Source: Candidatus Doudnabacteria bacterium
Lineage (GTDB): Bacteria; Patescibacteriota; JAQUNI01
NCBI GenBank assembly: GCA_041644975.1
Contig: JBAZQX010000005.1
Span: 13,068-77,067, forward strand
Direction of reading: 5' to 3'
Length of the DNA: 64,000 nt
In this document: positions 18,668 to 27,720 of the stretch, in pieces
Layout: every line of letters starts with the position of its first letter
How positions within the stretch are numbered: position 1 is the stretch's first letter
Program-made: the position numbers and the translations under genes
Notes under the pieces: generated by a model
The model's input: the letters and a program-made list of their open reading frames with translations, nothing else
Told to the model about the DNA's origin: nothing
Databases searched by the model: none

Positions 18668-19741
18668 TCACTTGATAATCTCTACTAAAATCTCCACCAT
18701 CTTGATTAAATCTTTAATTCTGACTCGTTCTTTTTTAGTATGAGCGTCCCTGACGCCGTTTGCAATTTCTACTGCTTTAATCTGATACTCATTAATAATA
18801 TTTAAATCAGAGGCACCAGTAGAAATAGTGAGTTCAGGAGTAACTCTCATCTTACGCATCGCTTTACAAATTTGTTTAATTAAAGAATCGGAGTGTCGGT
18901 GCTTGTACCCCGCAACCTCTCTAATAATTTTCAACTTATAGCGTGCTTTCTCTTTAACGCATTCATCTTGTGCCACTTTCTTCATTTTCTTTATTAATTG
19001 CTCAAGTTTGACTCTGCTAAAGCTGCGAATATCTCCCTTAAAAATCACTTGCTCGGGAACAATATTCGTCCCTTGCCCGCCGGAAATTAAACCAATATTA
19101 AAAGTTGTTTCCTGATCAATTCTACCAACTACTAACCGACTGATTACTCTGGCTGCGAGTACAATTGCATTGATCCCTTTTTCTGGCTCTGCTCCAGCAT
19201 GAGAGGACTTACCTATAATAGTTAGTTCAAAAGATTTGATGTGCGGCGAAGCGGAAGTAATAATCCCCACTCTTTTTGCTCTATCCATACCAACTGCTTC
19301 CCGTGCTTTTATCTTACGGAAATTAAATTTGCTAATTCCAACCGATCCTCCCTCCTCTCCCGTAGAAAAAACGATTTCCAAAGGTCGACACTTTGAATTA
19401 TTTTCGCAGATTAAATTCAACAGTTCTAAAATTATTGCTACACTGGCTTTATCATCCGCGCCCAAAATATTACCGCCCTCGGAATAAAGATATTCGCCTC
19501 TTTGATAAGGAATAATTCCTCGTCCCGGCTCTACTGTATCTAAATGCGCTTCTAAAAGCAGAGGGCTGCCTCGACCCGGCACGGAAACAAAAATATTACC
19601 CGCCTTATCTTTTGTCGGACGTAAATGCAATTTTCGCAAATAATCCAAAACCTCACGAATCGCTTCATTCTCTTCACCTGTTGGACTATCAATACGAACT
19701 AGCTTAAAAAATATATTACGCAATCTTTTTGAATTTACCAT
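18668..19741 (-). CDS. M20 family metallopeptidase (peptidase T / dipeptidase-like)
   Basis: HLDTV, GADDKASVA and EEGG motifs. Start moved to the internal Met MVNSKRL; the 5' extension looks like translated AT-rich spacer. Confidence 0.7.
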   Translation of the reverse strand: MVNSKRLRNIFFKLVRIDSPTGEENEAIREVLDYLRKLHLRPTKDKAGNIFVSVPGRGSPLLLEAHLDTVEPGRGIIPYQRGEYLYSEGGNILGADDKASVAIILELLNLICENNSKCRPLEIVFSTGEEGGSVGISKFNFRKIKAREAVGMDRAKRVGIITSASPHIKSFELTIIGKSSHAGAEPEKGINAIVLAARVISRLVVGRIDQETTFNIGLISGGQGTNIVPEQVIFKGDIRSFSRVKLEQLIKKMKKVAQDECVKEKARYKLKIIREVAGYKHRHSDSLIKQICKAMRKMRVTPELTISTGASDLNIINEYQIKAVEIANGVRDAHTKKERVRIKDLIKMVEILVEIIK

Positions 19742-19836
19742 GTTACTAAGATAAAATCTAAATATATAAAAATAAATTTTTTCAAAAATAGGGGGATTTG
19801 CTGCCTTAAAAATATGACCCAACAAATCCCCATTTA

Positions 19837-21150
19837 CTAGAAACGGTAACAAAGCTTATCAATTAAAGCCTTTGTCCCGCCAGTTGAAAAAAGAGCTACT
19901 GCTTGGTGAGCAGGATTACGTTTCGTTGCCAATCTTCCATAAAGAGGAGCTAAAAAACTTTTCTCGTGTAAACCTCTCTTGACTAACCCTTCTGCGGCTA
20001 AATCCAGAAGTTTAGACAGGTATGGAACAACCGATCTGCCATCTATCTTAGCGTCAAAGCCGGAAAAGATGGCGTTTTCTCTTAATGCCCGCCAGTCCTG
20101 CCAGGAAAACTGACCAACAATCTCTCGTTCTACCTCATCAATCACTTCTGCGATACCAAGCGTAAAAGCATCTACTGCTATGTTTTCTTGCTGGGGCTGA
20201 GTACAACAAGGACGCACCTCTATGGTGCCATAAAGTGTGCGCGGCCGTGCGCAAGGCCAGAAAGTGCCTTCGTGTAAACGATAATGCTTCTCAAAAGAAC
20301 CTAAACCACCATTGTTAGATAGGTATTGCCCAAAATTTACTCCAGGGGCAAAATATTCACCTTTTCCATCTTGACTAACTAATAGTGTAAGGTTGCAGAC
20401 GTATGCCAGAAAGTGGATTATGTCTCGAAACCGTTCATACGGAACACCCACTCTACCGCCGTTAGAAAAACTCCAATGGTCCTCCCTCACTGCTAGTCGA
20501 CCCTTCTCATCAATACCCCCTGACCAAACAGACGAATTAGCACACAAAATAATCATTAACCCAGCTAAAGCATTATATACATTCGTAAACTGGACAACCT
20601 CCGCCTGCGTAATATCAACGTGAGTTTGATGAGCCGCGGTTATCGTTACATTATTAATACTTTCTGGATAATTTGTGCGCACGACTTCGTGCCGCCTTTT
20701 CTTAACCCAATAAAGATCACTAGGAGCAGCACAAGGTTGAATGCCATAACCGAGCACCAGCCCACCATGCCTATAAATGACTTTGCAAATATAGCGCATG
20801 CAATCATTAAAGGCTCCTACTACCTTCCATAAATCTGGGAGAGGAGGAAGGCCAATTTCTAAAGTACAATAACCTGCATCGGTCGTAATATTTACGCCGT
20901 CTTTCTCAACCCCCAAGACCACATCAGAATAACAATCATCATAATAAGGCTTCCATCCTCCTTGGACTAAAACAGGGAAAATACTCCGCACATCAAAAGG
21001 TTGACCGTCTTGATCAATAACCGGAAACTCGCGCTCCACACCAATCCATCTTCCTCCTCGCTTCAGTTCCACAGGGAATTTGCTAAGATAATTTTCCGCT
21101 AAAAAATTTAAATCCAACATTCTTATCTCTCCTTTTTTTAAAATGTTCAT
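19837..21150 (-). CDS. carboxylate-amine ligase, glutamate-cysteine ligase family 2 (GCS2/YbdK-like)
   Basis: GVEREFPV start and overall GCS2 pattern; about 437 aa. Confidence 0.65.
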   Translation of the reverse strand: MNILKKGEIRMLDLNFLAENYLSKFPVELKRGGRWIGVEREFPVIDQDGQPFDVRSIFPVLVQGGWKPYYDDCYSDVVLGVEKDGVNITTDAGYCTLEIGLPPLPDLWKVVGAFNDCMRYICKVIYRHGGLVLGYGIQPCAAPSDLYWVKKRRHEVVRTNYPESINNVTITAAHQTHVDITQAEVVQFTNVYNALAGLMIILCANSSVWSGGIDEKGRLAVREDHWSFSNGGRVGVPYERFRDIIHFLAYVCNLTLLVSQDGKGEYFAPGVNFGQYLSNNGGLGSFEKHYRLHEGTFWPCARPRTLYGTIEVRPCCTQPQQENIAVDAFTLGIAEVIDEVEREIVGQFSWQDWRALRENAIFSGFDAKIDGRSVVPYLSKLLDLAAEGLVKRGLHEKSFLAPLYGRLATKRNPAHQAVALFSTGGTKALIDKLCYRF

Positions 21151-21237
21151 TTTACCAAACTAACCTACCGAAACCCTGCAAACATTATCAAATTCAAAGA
21201 ACAAAAAAACCGGCTTAGTTAGCCGGTCTAGTTTCTA

Positions 21238-21268
21238 GTGTAAGACAGGTTTTAAACCTGTCTCTACT
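21238..21268. repeat. palindromic repeat family 1
   Basis: gtgtaagacaggttttaaacctgtctctac. Confidence 0.8.
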
Positions 21269-21405
21269 AAAAATCAGACCGGCGAAAGTCGGTTATAAAA
21301 CCAAAAACCAAAAAAGAAATTATTTTGTGAAATATTATTTTCCATAACTCTTAAGAAGCATTATAACTCACCATAAAATATTGTCAAGGACTTCTTTAAA
21401 TGAAA

Positions 21406-21563
21406 CTCCACGGGCTTAGCCTACTCCGCCGAAGTGGTCTTCGGCTGCGAAGGCCGGACACCCGTGGCATCTCTTTATAATAAAATTTCGTGGAGCGCCC
21501 ACCTGCTCACAAGCCTGCCCACCAGTCCGCCAAAGGCGGGCAGGCTTTCTGGTGCGTTGGGTC
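21406..21563. repeat. GC-rich structured intergenic element, copy 1 (candidate ncRNA)
   Basis: Shares the modules ctccacgg, gcttagcctactccgc, ttcggctgcgaaggccgg.cacccgtgg, catctctttataata..atttcg.ggagc and ctttctggtg.gttggg with 27181-27341, in a different order. Multiple nested GC stems. Confidence 0.45.
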
Positions 21564-21687
21564 AAATCTTGATATTGATTTTTTTTCTAACCCAAAAATC
21601 ATCCTGCAAAAACAGTAAGACATTGCCCGACCCCGGATCAACCATAAAAGATATACTCACCATAAGCCCACCCTTTATTTATTTTTT

Positions 21688-21762
21688 CTAGCGTTTTCCT
21701 TTGCGCGCAGTTTTCTTCTTCGTGACTTTGCGCTTCTTTATAGCTTTCTTTTTTTTTGCCAT
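21688..21762 (-). CDS. 24-aa highly basic small ORF (MAKKKKAIKKRKVTKKKTARKGKR) with strong SD
   Basis: GGAGGTGA lies 6 nt before the ATG. Below the ORF-track size cutoff. Confidence 0.3.
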   Translation of the reverse strand: MAKKKKAIKKRKVTKKKTARKGKR

Positions 21763-22131
21763 TTGCGATCACCTCCCTTCTTATTATTTTTTATCTTTGC
21801 GACAAAAAATAAAAAAATAATTTTAATCAAAAGGATTTCTTTCTTCAAAAACTTCTCCTCAAAAATTTTCTCTTTCTCGCCAAAATTTTTTCTGAAACCC
21901 GCCAAAGTTTTTTTTAAAAAAATTTAGGCGGGAAATTAAAAAAACTTTGGCAGGCTTTTTTCTTTTTATTTTCATTTCCTCCTTTGATGTATTTATTATA
22001 CAACAAAAAAAAAGTTTTTAAAATAAAAAATTGTGGATAAACTATAAAAATCAAAAATGTAAAAATCAAAAAACAAAATGAAAATGTAAAATGAAAAAAT
22101 TTTTTAATTAAATAAAAACCCGAAGAAAAAA

Positions 22132-22353
22132 TTATTCTCCGGGCGCGCAAGAAGAACATACCGTGGCGGCATATTGCTTTAAACCGTCCACATGTAAAGA
22201 ACTATTGTTCTGCACTACCGGATCGCTGCATACCTGATTAATAATCTTCTCAATGGATCTCCGAAATTCTTCTGCTGTCATTTCTCCTATGTGCAAAGAA
22301 CGCAATGCTTCGCCAATCTGCGTACGATACGATTCCAGGGGATCTTTAGACAT
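22132..22353 (-). CDS. small Cys-containing protein/peptide (73 aa) with strong SD
   Basis: GGAGGA 9 nt upstream of the ATG. Helical N-terminus; C-terminal CSDPVVQNNSSLHVDGLKQYAATVCSSCAPGE. Confidence 0.4.
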   Translation of the reverse strand: MSKDPLESYRTQIGEALRSLHIGEMTAEEFRRSIEKIINQVCSDPVVQNNSSLHVDGLKQYAATVCSSCAPGE

Positions 22354-22624
22354 CAACCCATTTCCTCCTTTCTATTTGTTAGACTATTCCGGAAAATGAA
22401 CAAAATAAAACTGGTCTTGTTTTTCAAGACCAACTAGTTTCACGATTAATTTGTGTTTCCACATCACAAAACTAGCCGGTCCAGAAAATCGGATTTAATG
22501 GTGCGGATATATTTTTGGAATTTGAGGTTATTCATACCTTTAATAGTCTAGTTAAAATAAAAATATTTGTCAAACAAAACTGTGGATAAAACATAAAGTG
22601 TGAAATACAACTGAAAAAAAATAA

Positions 22625-22675
22625 AAAAGGCAGGTTCGCAAAAAGAAAAAAATTCTTTTTTGGTGAACCTGCCCA
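22625..22675 (-). terminator. long hairpin plus T-run downstream of LeuA-dimer-domain gene
   Basis: ggcaggttc...gaacctgcc stem with a T-run on the minus strand. Confidence 0.45.
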
Positions 22676-22683
22676 GAGTAGCA

Positions 22684-22716
22684 AACCCCGTTAGAGAACG
22701 AAGTTCTTTAACGTGG
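22684..22716. repeat. palindromic repeat family 2, short copy
   Basis: aaaccccgttagagaacgaagttctttaacgtgg. Confidence 0.7.
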
Positions 22717-22807
22717 CGAATCACCTGCTATCCCAATTATGCGGGATAACTGCTCGGGTACACTAGGTACCGCGAAGAGGATCGCTCTTTGTGAGCTTTG
22801 ATGATTG

Positions 22808-23239
22808 CTACTTAGAAGGGGTAATAGTGGACACTGCTTTTATCACCTGTTGCAGTTGGCCGGGAATCCTTTTCCCCTGTGGGAATATTTTTTGATTTTT
22901 ATTCCCATTAAGATTATTAACAGCGGCAAGATAGGCCTTGGTGCTTGCTTCTACAATATCTTTGCTTGTGCCACGACCAATGCTTTTCCCGCCGTTGACT
23001 GCGATATGTATAACCGCTTCCGCCATCATATCCCTACCTTTCATTAAAACCTTTAAAGAACACTCAATAAACTTAGCATTAATATCCGTCATCTTATTTA
23101 CCGCTTTAAACACCGCATCCAACAGATTATCCCCACAACAAGCTGCTTCCTTTAACACCTCATCTCCATTCTTTAAACCCAGTACAACAACTGGTGTTTG
23201 AGTTCCGGCAAGGACCTGCAGATACTCCAAAGAGTACAT
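22808..23239 (-). CDS. stand-alone LeuA allosteric/dimerisation (LeuA_dimer) domain protein
   Basis: TQTPVVVLGL...DAVFKAVNKMTD...GRGTSKDIVEASTKAYLAAVNNL matches the C-terminal regulatory domain of 2-isopropylmalate synthase. Start placed at MYSLEY, preceded by taggaggtataat. Confidence 0.6.
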   Translation of the reverse strand: MYSLEYLQVLAGTQTPVVVLGLKNGDEVLKEAACCGDNLLDAVFKAVNKMTDINAKFIECSLKVLMKGRDMMAEAVIHIAVNGGKSIGRGTSKDIVEASTKAYLAAVNNLNGNKNQKIFPQGKRIPGQLQQVIKAVSTITPSK

Positions 23240-23557
23240 ATTATACCTCCTATCACAAAATTTGATTAAGTAAAGAACCAAAAAAACAAAAACAAAAAAC
23301 TAGCCTTTCCCGGGCTAGATTTCTATTTTCTAATATTTGAAACCTTGAAAAAACCTAGCCCGCGAGTGGCAGCAACAAAACGCCCACCAACAATAAGGCT
23401 AGGTTTGAAATATTAAATTTTGCAAATGAATTTGGCATATTGACTAATTTAATTTTAGCAAACCCCAAATATCTGTCAAGACATTAAAAAAAAATGGCTC
23501 TTGATATCAATTACTTTGAATCAAGAGCCTAAGGTATCCGCTACATCTGTAGCGAAT

Positions 23558-24496
23558 TTATCGTCGTAACAGAGAACTCCAGTTCACATGGGTATAAAAA
23601 TCATCATGGTCTTCCTGGTCGCGATCGTCTCGGTTGCGACTATTATTTTGAACAATCTTTGAATAAGATCCCCCAGAACGGTTAATACTTTTTTGAATCC
23701 TATAGGCGGGCGGATCTTTCCGGAATACTCGTGTATTCTGTGGATTGCCGAGTTTAAAGTAACCGGTTTGAGCAAGATACTTCGCTGCTCGCTCAATTTG
23801 ATCAAACTTTGCCTCTTCGCCAATCCTACTAAGATATTCCTTAAACCCATTCATATTACATTCCTGAGAATAAGAGGCATAAGTAATAACAAGTCCTTTA
23901 TACTTCTCATCAAGCCCTACCATTGTTAGCGCTTGATTTATCGCTTCGCAAGAATTCCCTGTTAGCGCTTGACCTCCTGTTGCCTTGAAATAGTCTCTTA
24001 GTGTCGTTCCCGATCTTTGCGTCCTCACTATATTTGCTGTGCCAGATGAACCGGATGTACGTGCAATTTGATTTTTCCGCCTGACCTCTTGTATCTTGGC
24101 ATATACCGCGGCATCATTATATCTCTTCGCAAGATTATATTGTCCTTTTTCTAGAGCTTCCTGTTTTTTGGCAAAAAGGTCTTGCACTTTGGTAAGAGCC
24201 AAAAGCGATGTTTCAGTCGAATCAAGGCGTTTGTTTGCCTGCACAATGCTTGTTTCAAGACCTTTATTGAGAAGGCTTCGGCTATCCACATCTTTTTTGG
24301 CAGAATCAGCCATTTCTTTAATGGCTTTTTGCATCTCTATCTTCTCGGCTTTTAACTTGGCAATCTCTACTTCCAACTGAGCATCCTTTGCCTTTAAGGC
24401 CACTAGCTCAGCGTCGCTGATGCTTACCGCCTGAGCTTGGGCAGATAGCGTCAACGCTAAAACTATAATCAGCATAAACACAGTCCACTTTTTCAT
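23558..24496 (-). CDS. secreted coiled-coil protein with Cys-containing C-terminal domain
   Basis: Signal peptide MKKWTVFMLIIVLALTLSAQAQA, heptad-rich region, then an approximately 150 aa globular region. Confidence 0.5.
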   Translation of the reverse strand: MKKWTVFMLIIVLALTLSAQAQAVSISDAELVALKAKDAQLEVEIAKLKAEKIEMQKAIKEMADSAKKDVDSRSLLNKGLETSIVQANKRLDSTETSLLALTKVQDLFAKKQEALEKGQYNLAKRYNDAAVYAKIQEVRRKNQIARTSGSSGTANIVRTQRSGTTLRDYFKATGGQALTGNSCEAINQALTMVGLDEKYKGLVITYASYSQECNMNGFKEYLSRIGEEAKFDQIERAAKYLAQTGYFKLGNPQNTRVFRKDPPAYRIQKSINRSGGSYSKIVQNNSRNRDDRDQEDHDDFYTHVNWSSLLRR

Positions 24497-24497
24497 T

Positions 24498-25031
24498 TCA
24501 TTTACCTCCATTCAGCTTTTTGAGAATTTCGTTAATCTCTTTTGATTGATTCTCCACAGCTTTGGCATAACCATTTACACTTGACCAATAATCCACGACG
24601 GGTTCGGCCACAGGTGCTTCTCCTGTGGCGCTAACAAAAGAGTCGCTTTCAACAGTAACTTCCTGTTCATCTTGAGTTGCGGTTTCCGTTGCAATTTCAT
24701 CGTCCTGTTCCGCCTCACCACTATAATGTTTTGCTGTCTTCCGAATAGGTTTCGGACGCTCGGACACAACGGTTTCTTCATAAGAAGTTTGTTGTTGCGC
24801 CGCCGGCTTTATAGTTGATTGTGCGGTTGTTGCCAGTGCGGCTGATTGTGTGGCAGGTTTCGCAATCACATTTGACCTTTCATCCTCAGTGTATTGATTG
24901 AAAAAATGCCATCCTACAAGCGCCAAAATGACAAGCGCCACAACAATGATTACCACGCCCGGTACGCCACGAAGCCAAATGAGCCAATCAAGTCGGTACG
25001 GCGAGCCGTCTAAAATGTTCTTTCCTTTCAT
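24498..25031 (-). CDS. single-pass membrane protein with acidic C-terminal region
   Basis: N-terminal TM; acidic, disordered C-terminus. Abuts its neighbours. Confidence 0.5.
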   Translation of the reverse strand: MKGKNILDGSPYRLDWLIWLRGVPGVVIIVVALVILALVGWHFFNQYTEDERSNVIAKPATQSAALATTAQSTIKPAAQQQTSYEETVVSERPKPIRKTAKHYSGEAEQDDEIATETATQDEQEVTVESDSFVSATGEAPVAEPVVDYWSSVNGYAKAVENQSKEINEILKKLNGGK

Positions 25032-26203
25032 TTCGTTTCCTCCTTTTTGTTTTCTTTTTCGTCCAGTATTTTCCCTTCTCCTTCTATAACAGTTTCAGGT
25101 TTCCCTTGTCCCCCCGTTAAGGTGCTAACAAATCTCTCAATGCTCGTCGCTTTTAATCCCCTAATCTCTCCTTCCATTATGCCCGTTTGGCGAGAACCAA
25201 GTATTGAAAGGAATTCTTCATAAATTTTCAATTCTTTTCCGCGTTGAGCTATCTCCAATTGCAATTCTTTTCCGCGTTGAGCTATCTCCAATTCCGCCAG
25301 TTTCGTCTTAAGCTCAAATACCATTTCAGGGAACGCTGCCATTTGCCCAGCGTCAGTAGCCAATATTTCCGCCAACGCCTTAAGCGCGATGTTTTTGGCT
25401 TCTGCTATTTTTGCTTCAAGCGGTATTTGTTTTTGCATTCTCTCAAATCCAAGCTCCATCCTATCTCTTTCTTGCTTCAATTCAAACTCGCCTTGTTTCT
25501 GTGCTTTCTCAAACCCAAGTTGCATCTTGCCTCGTTCTTGTTCCCATTCAAACTCGTTGCGGGTGCCTTGAGCTTCCAAGGTATGCGCCAGTTGCGCCCT
25601 CTCCGCCACCCTACCAAGTTCATCTTTCTCCTGTTTTTCAAACCAAATAGCGATTTCTTTCTCCTCGGGCTGTATCTCCTCGCTAATTGTTAAATCATCC
25701 ACTGCAAAACAAGATTGGGTCCTCGCTAATATTGTGGTCAATCTCTCTTTGGCGTCTTTAAGAAATATTCCGTTTACTGTTTTAATCTCTCGCCAAGTAT
25801 ATGCAAGAATCCCATCTCGGAGAGCGGATGAAACAGAACTGACCAACAAGGACTCTTCTGTTTGAGCATTAACAACTATTCTTTTAATACTTTCTTCGCT
25901 ATCATTCACCTTTGCCTGCGCGTTGACAATGCCTATTAAGGCAATGCCGTCTTTTGTACTCACAGTGCCTTTCAGTGGTACAGAAATTTGCTTGGGTGTC
26001 ATATCCACAAAAGCAATTCCATCGCACTGACCTCTACGAGCACGTTTAGAAGGTATAGTATAATATTCCCCTTTCTCTACCTGGGGTAGCACCCTAATCG
26101 GATTACCATCATTACTAACAGTAACAGCCCGTAACTGGGCTGTTGGAATAACAGGTTCCAACCATTTCGCTTCCCTTAAAAAAACCCACCTATCATCAGC
26201 CAT
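25028..26203 (-). CDS. SPFH/flotillin-like protein with repetitive coiled-coil C-terminus
   Basis: N-terminal approximately 200 aa resembles a band-7/SPFH domain. C-terminal Glu/Ala/Lys/Gln-rich repeats, including a perfect 33-bp tandem duplication at 25229-25294. Confidence 0.45.
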   Translation of the reverse strand: MADDRWVFLREAKWLEPVIPTAQLRAVTVSNDGNPIRVLPQVEKGEYYTIPSKRARRGQCDGIAFVDMTPKQISVPLKGTVSTKDGIALIGIVNAQAKVNDSEESIKRIVVNAQTEESLLVSSVSSALRDGILAYTWREIKTVNGIFLKDAKERLTTILARTQSCFAVDDLTISEEIQPEEKEIAIWFEKQEKDELGRVAERAQLAHTLEAQGTRNEFEWEQERGKMQLGFEKAQKQGEFELKQERDRMELGFERMQKQIPLEAKIAEAKNIALKALAEILATDAGQMAAFPEMVFELKTKLAELEIAQRGKELQLEIAQRGKELKIYEEFLSILGSRQTGIMEGEIRGLKATSIERFVSTLTGGQGKPETVIEGEGKILDEKENKKEETK

Positions 26204-26500
26204 CCCTAATCACTCCTTCCCTTCCTGAAAGTATATTTCAGATTTTACCACGGTTCCTATATTTATCACTTTAATAAACCTAAGTTCATTTAAACAAACA
26301 AATCAACAACCTCATCACTGAAACACTATATAACTAAACTAAGTTGACAAAGACCCTAGTGAAAAAACAACCCTATAAACCTTAAAATCTTATTGAGTTA
26401 TATATATCACCTTTTGACAAAACAGTCAAGAATTAGCTAAAAAAGCGGGGCTTTATTTCCGCTTCTATATCTCTATATTCCATTTATATATTAGATGAGA

Positions 26501-27118
26501 TCACGCAAACATCACATCATCCTCTGCTCGCTTATAATCAAGGATTTCTTCGGGTGCAAACCAGTGTTCAATTTCATGCGCCGCTTCGGCGGGATCGCCC
26601 GAAGCGTGAACGATGTTGTGGATTGCCCGCTGGTCAATGTTCGCCGCTGTGTTGGTATCAATAGAATAGTCGCCGCGGATTGTTCCCGGCTGGGCTAAAA
26701 TCGGTAAAGTATGACCCACTAATTTTCGCACCGTGGAAATGGCGTGCATCCCTTTTAAAATCATCGCCACCACTGGCGCCATAGACAAATAACTCACATT
26801 CCATTTCTGGACAAGTTTGCCGATCTCCAAAGAATCATCGGTGCCCATTTTTTCTTTGACATTCATCCCATACTCTTTAAAGGCGTCAATCGTTTTTTGA
26901 CCCATCCCGCGGAGCCATTCTTCCGAGCCTGAATAATGCTTTTCCACATGCTCTCTTGTTGGCCAAACCATCTTCAGGGCAATGACTTTGAGCCCCCGCT
27001 TTTCAAAGCGGGAAATAATCTCGCCGACTAAGCCCCGCACTACGGCATCGGGTTTAACAATCACGACCGTGCGCTCTTGGCTCGGATGATCAGCGCTAAT
27101 CTTATTTTTCTCTTCCAT
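26501..27118 (-). CDS. ndk: nucleoside diphosphate kinase (with insertion)
   Basis: TVVIVKPDAV and NIVHASG (active-site His). Confidence 0.8.
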   Translation of the reverse strand: MEEKNKISADHPSQERTVVIVKPDAVVRGLVGEIISRFEKRGLKVIALKMVWPTREHVEKHYSGSEEWLRGMGQKTIDAFKEYGMNVKEKMGTDDSLEIGKLVQKWNVSYLSMAPVVAMILKGMHAISTVRKLVGHTLPILAQPGTIRGDYSIDTNTAANIDQRAIHNIVHASGDPAEAAHEIEHWFAPEEILDYKRAEDDVMFA

Positions 27119-27180
27119 AATTTTAGAAAATTTAATAATTCATCTTTTTAAATTCTAGCATAAAAACTACGAAAAGTGAA

Positions 27181-27341
27181 GCTCCACGGACTCACGCCCG
27201 TGGCATCTCTTTATAATAGGATTTCGCGGAGCAAAACCCCTCACCAGAAAGCCACCATTCATCCACGGGTTTAGCCTACTCCGCTTAAAGCAGCCTTCGG
27301 CTGCGAAGGCCGGGCACCCGTGGCTTTCTGGTGAGTTGGGC
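27181..27341. repeat. GC-rich structured intergenic element, copy 2 (candidate ncRNA)
   Basis: Same modules as 21406-21563, permuted. Includes the 9+ bp stem accagaaag/ctttctggt and the UUCG tetraloop hairpin gcagccttcggctgc. Flanked by the direct repeat AATAATTCATC. Confidence 0.45.
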
Positions 27342-27720
27342 AAAATAAAAAAAATTAGAGGGTATTATGAACGAATAATTCATCCCCTCTCTATCTAGCC
27401 ATCTTATAGCCTACTTCCTAATCTCTATGGTTTTGACCATCCACAAAACCATATCCCCGAAAAATTTTACGGATTGATTAGGACACTTGTTATAGATGGC
27501 GAGTGCTAGAAGCCGCGGCAGCAACAGCGATGGTATTACCGCGCCCACGACCAACAAGAGGACTAACATTCTACCACCCCCAATACTAAGACACTAATGA
27601 ATAACCGGTCGAATTATACTTGTATTATAAAGTGTAAAATTTAATAAATCAATAATTATATTAATTTTAAATTTTAAATCAAATCTTAATTTTTAATTTT
27701 AAAACAGTCGAGTTTTAAAA

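Noticed and set aside
19742-19852. Extended N-terminus of the M20 peptidase ORF (MLPFLVNGDLLGHIFK...)
   Set aside because: Overlaps the GCS2 ligase 3' end and reads like translated AT-rich spacer; the internal Met start was preferred.
21914-22159. 81-aa ORF MFFLRARRIIFSSGFYLIKKFFHF...
   Set aside because: Translation of a poly-A/T intergenic tract with extreme Phe/Lys/Ile bias and no RBS.
25244-25693. 149-aa plus-strand ORF plus two nested ORFs
   Set aside because: Antisense to the repetitive region of the flotillin-like gene; the repeats create long open frames on both strands.
21406-27341. Possibility that the GC-rich structured elements are tRNA, tmRNA, SRP RNA, RNase P RNA or a CRISPR array
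   Set aside because: No T-loop (GGTTCGA-TCC) or CCA-acceptor architecture, no SRP domain-IV or RNase P CR-I/CR-V consensus, and the copies are 5.6 kb apart without regular spacing.
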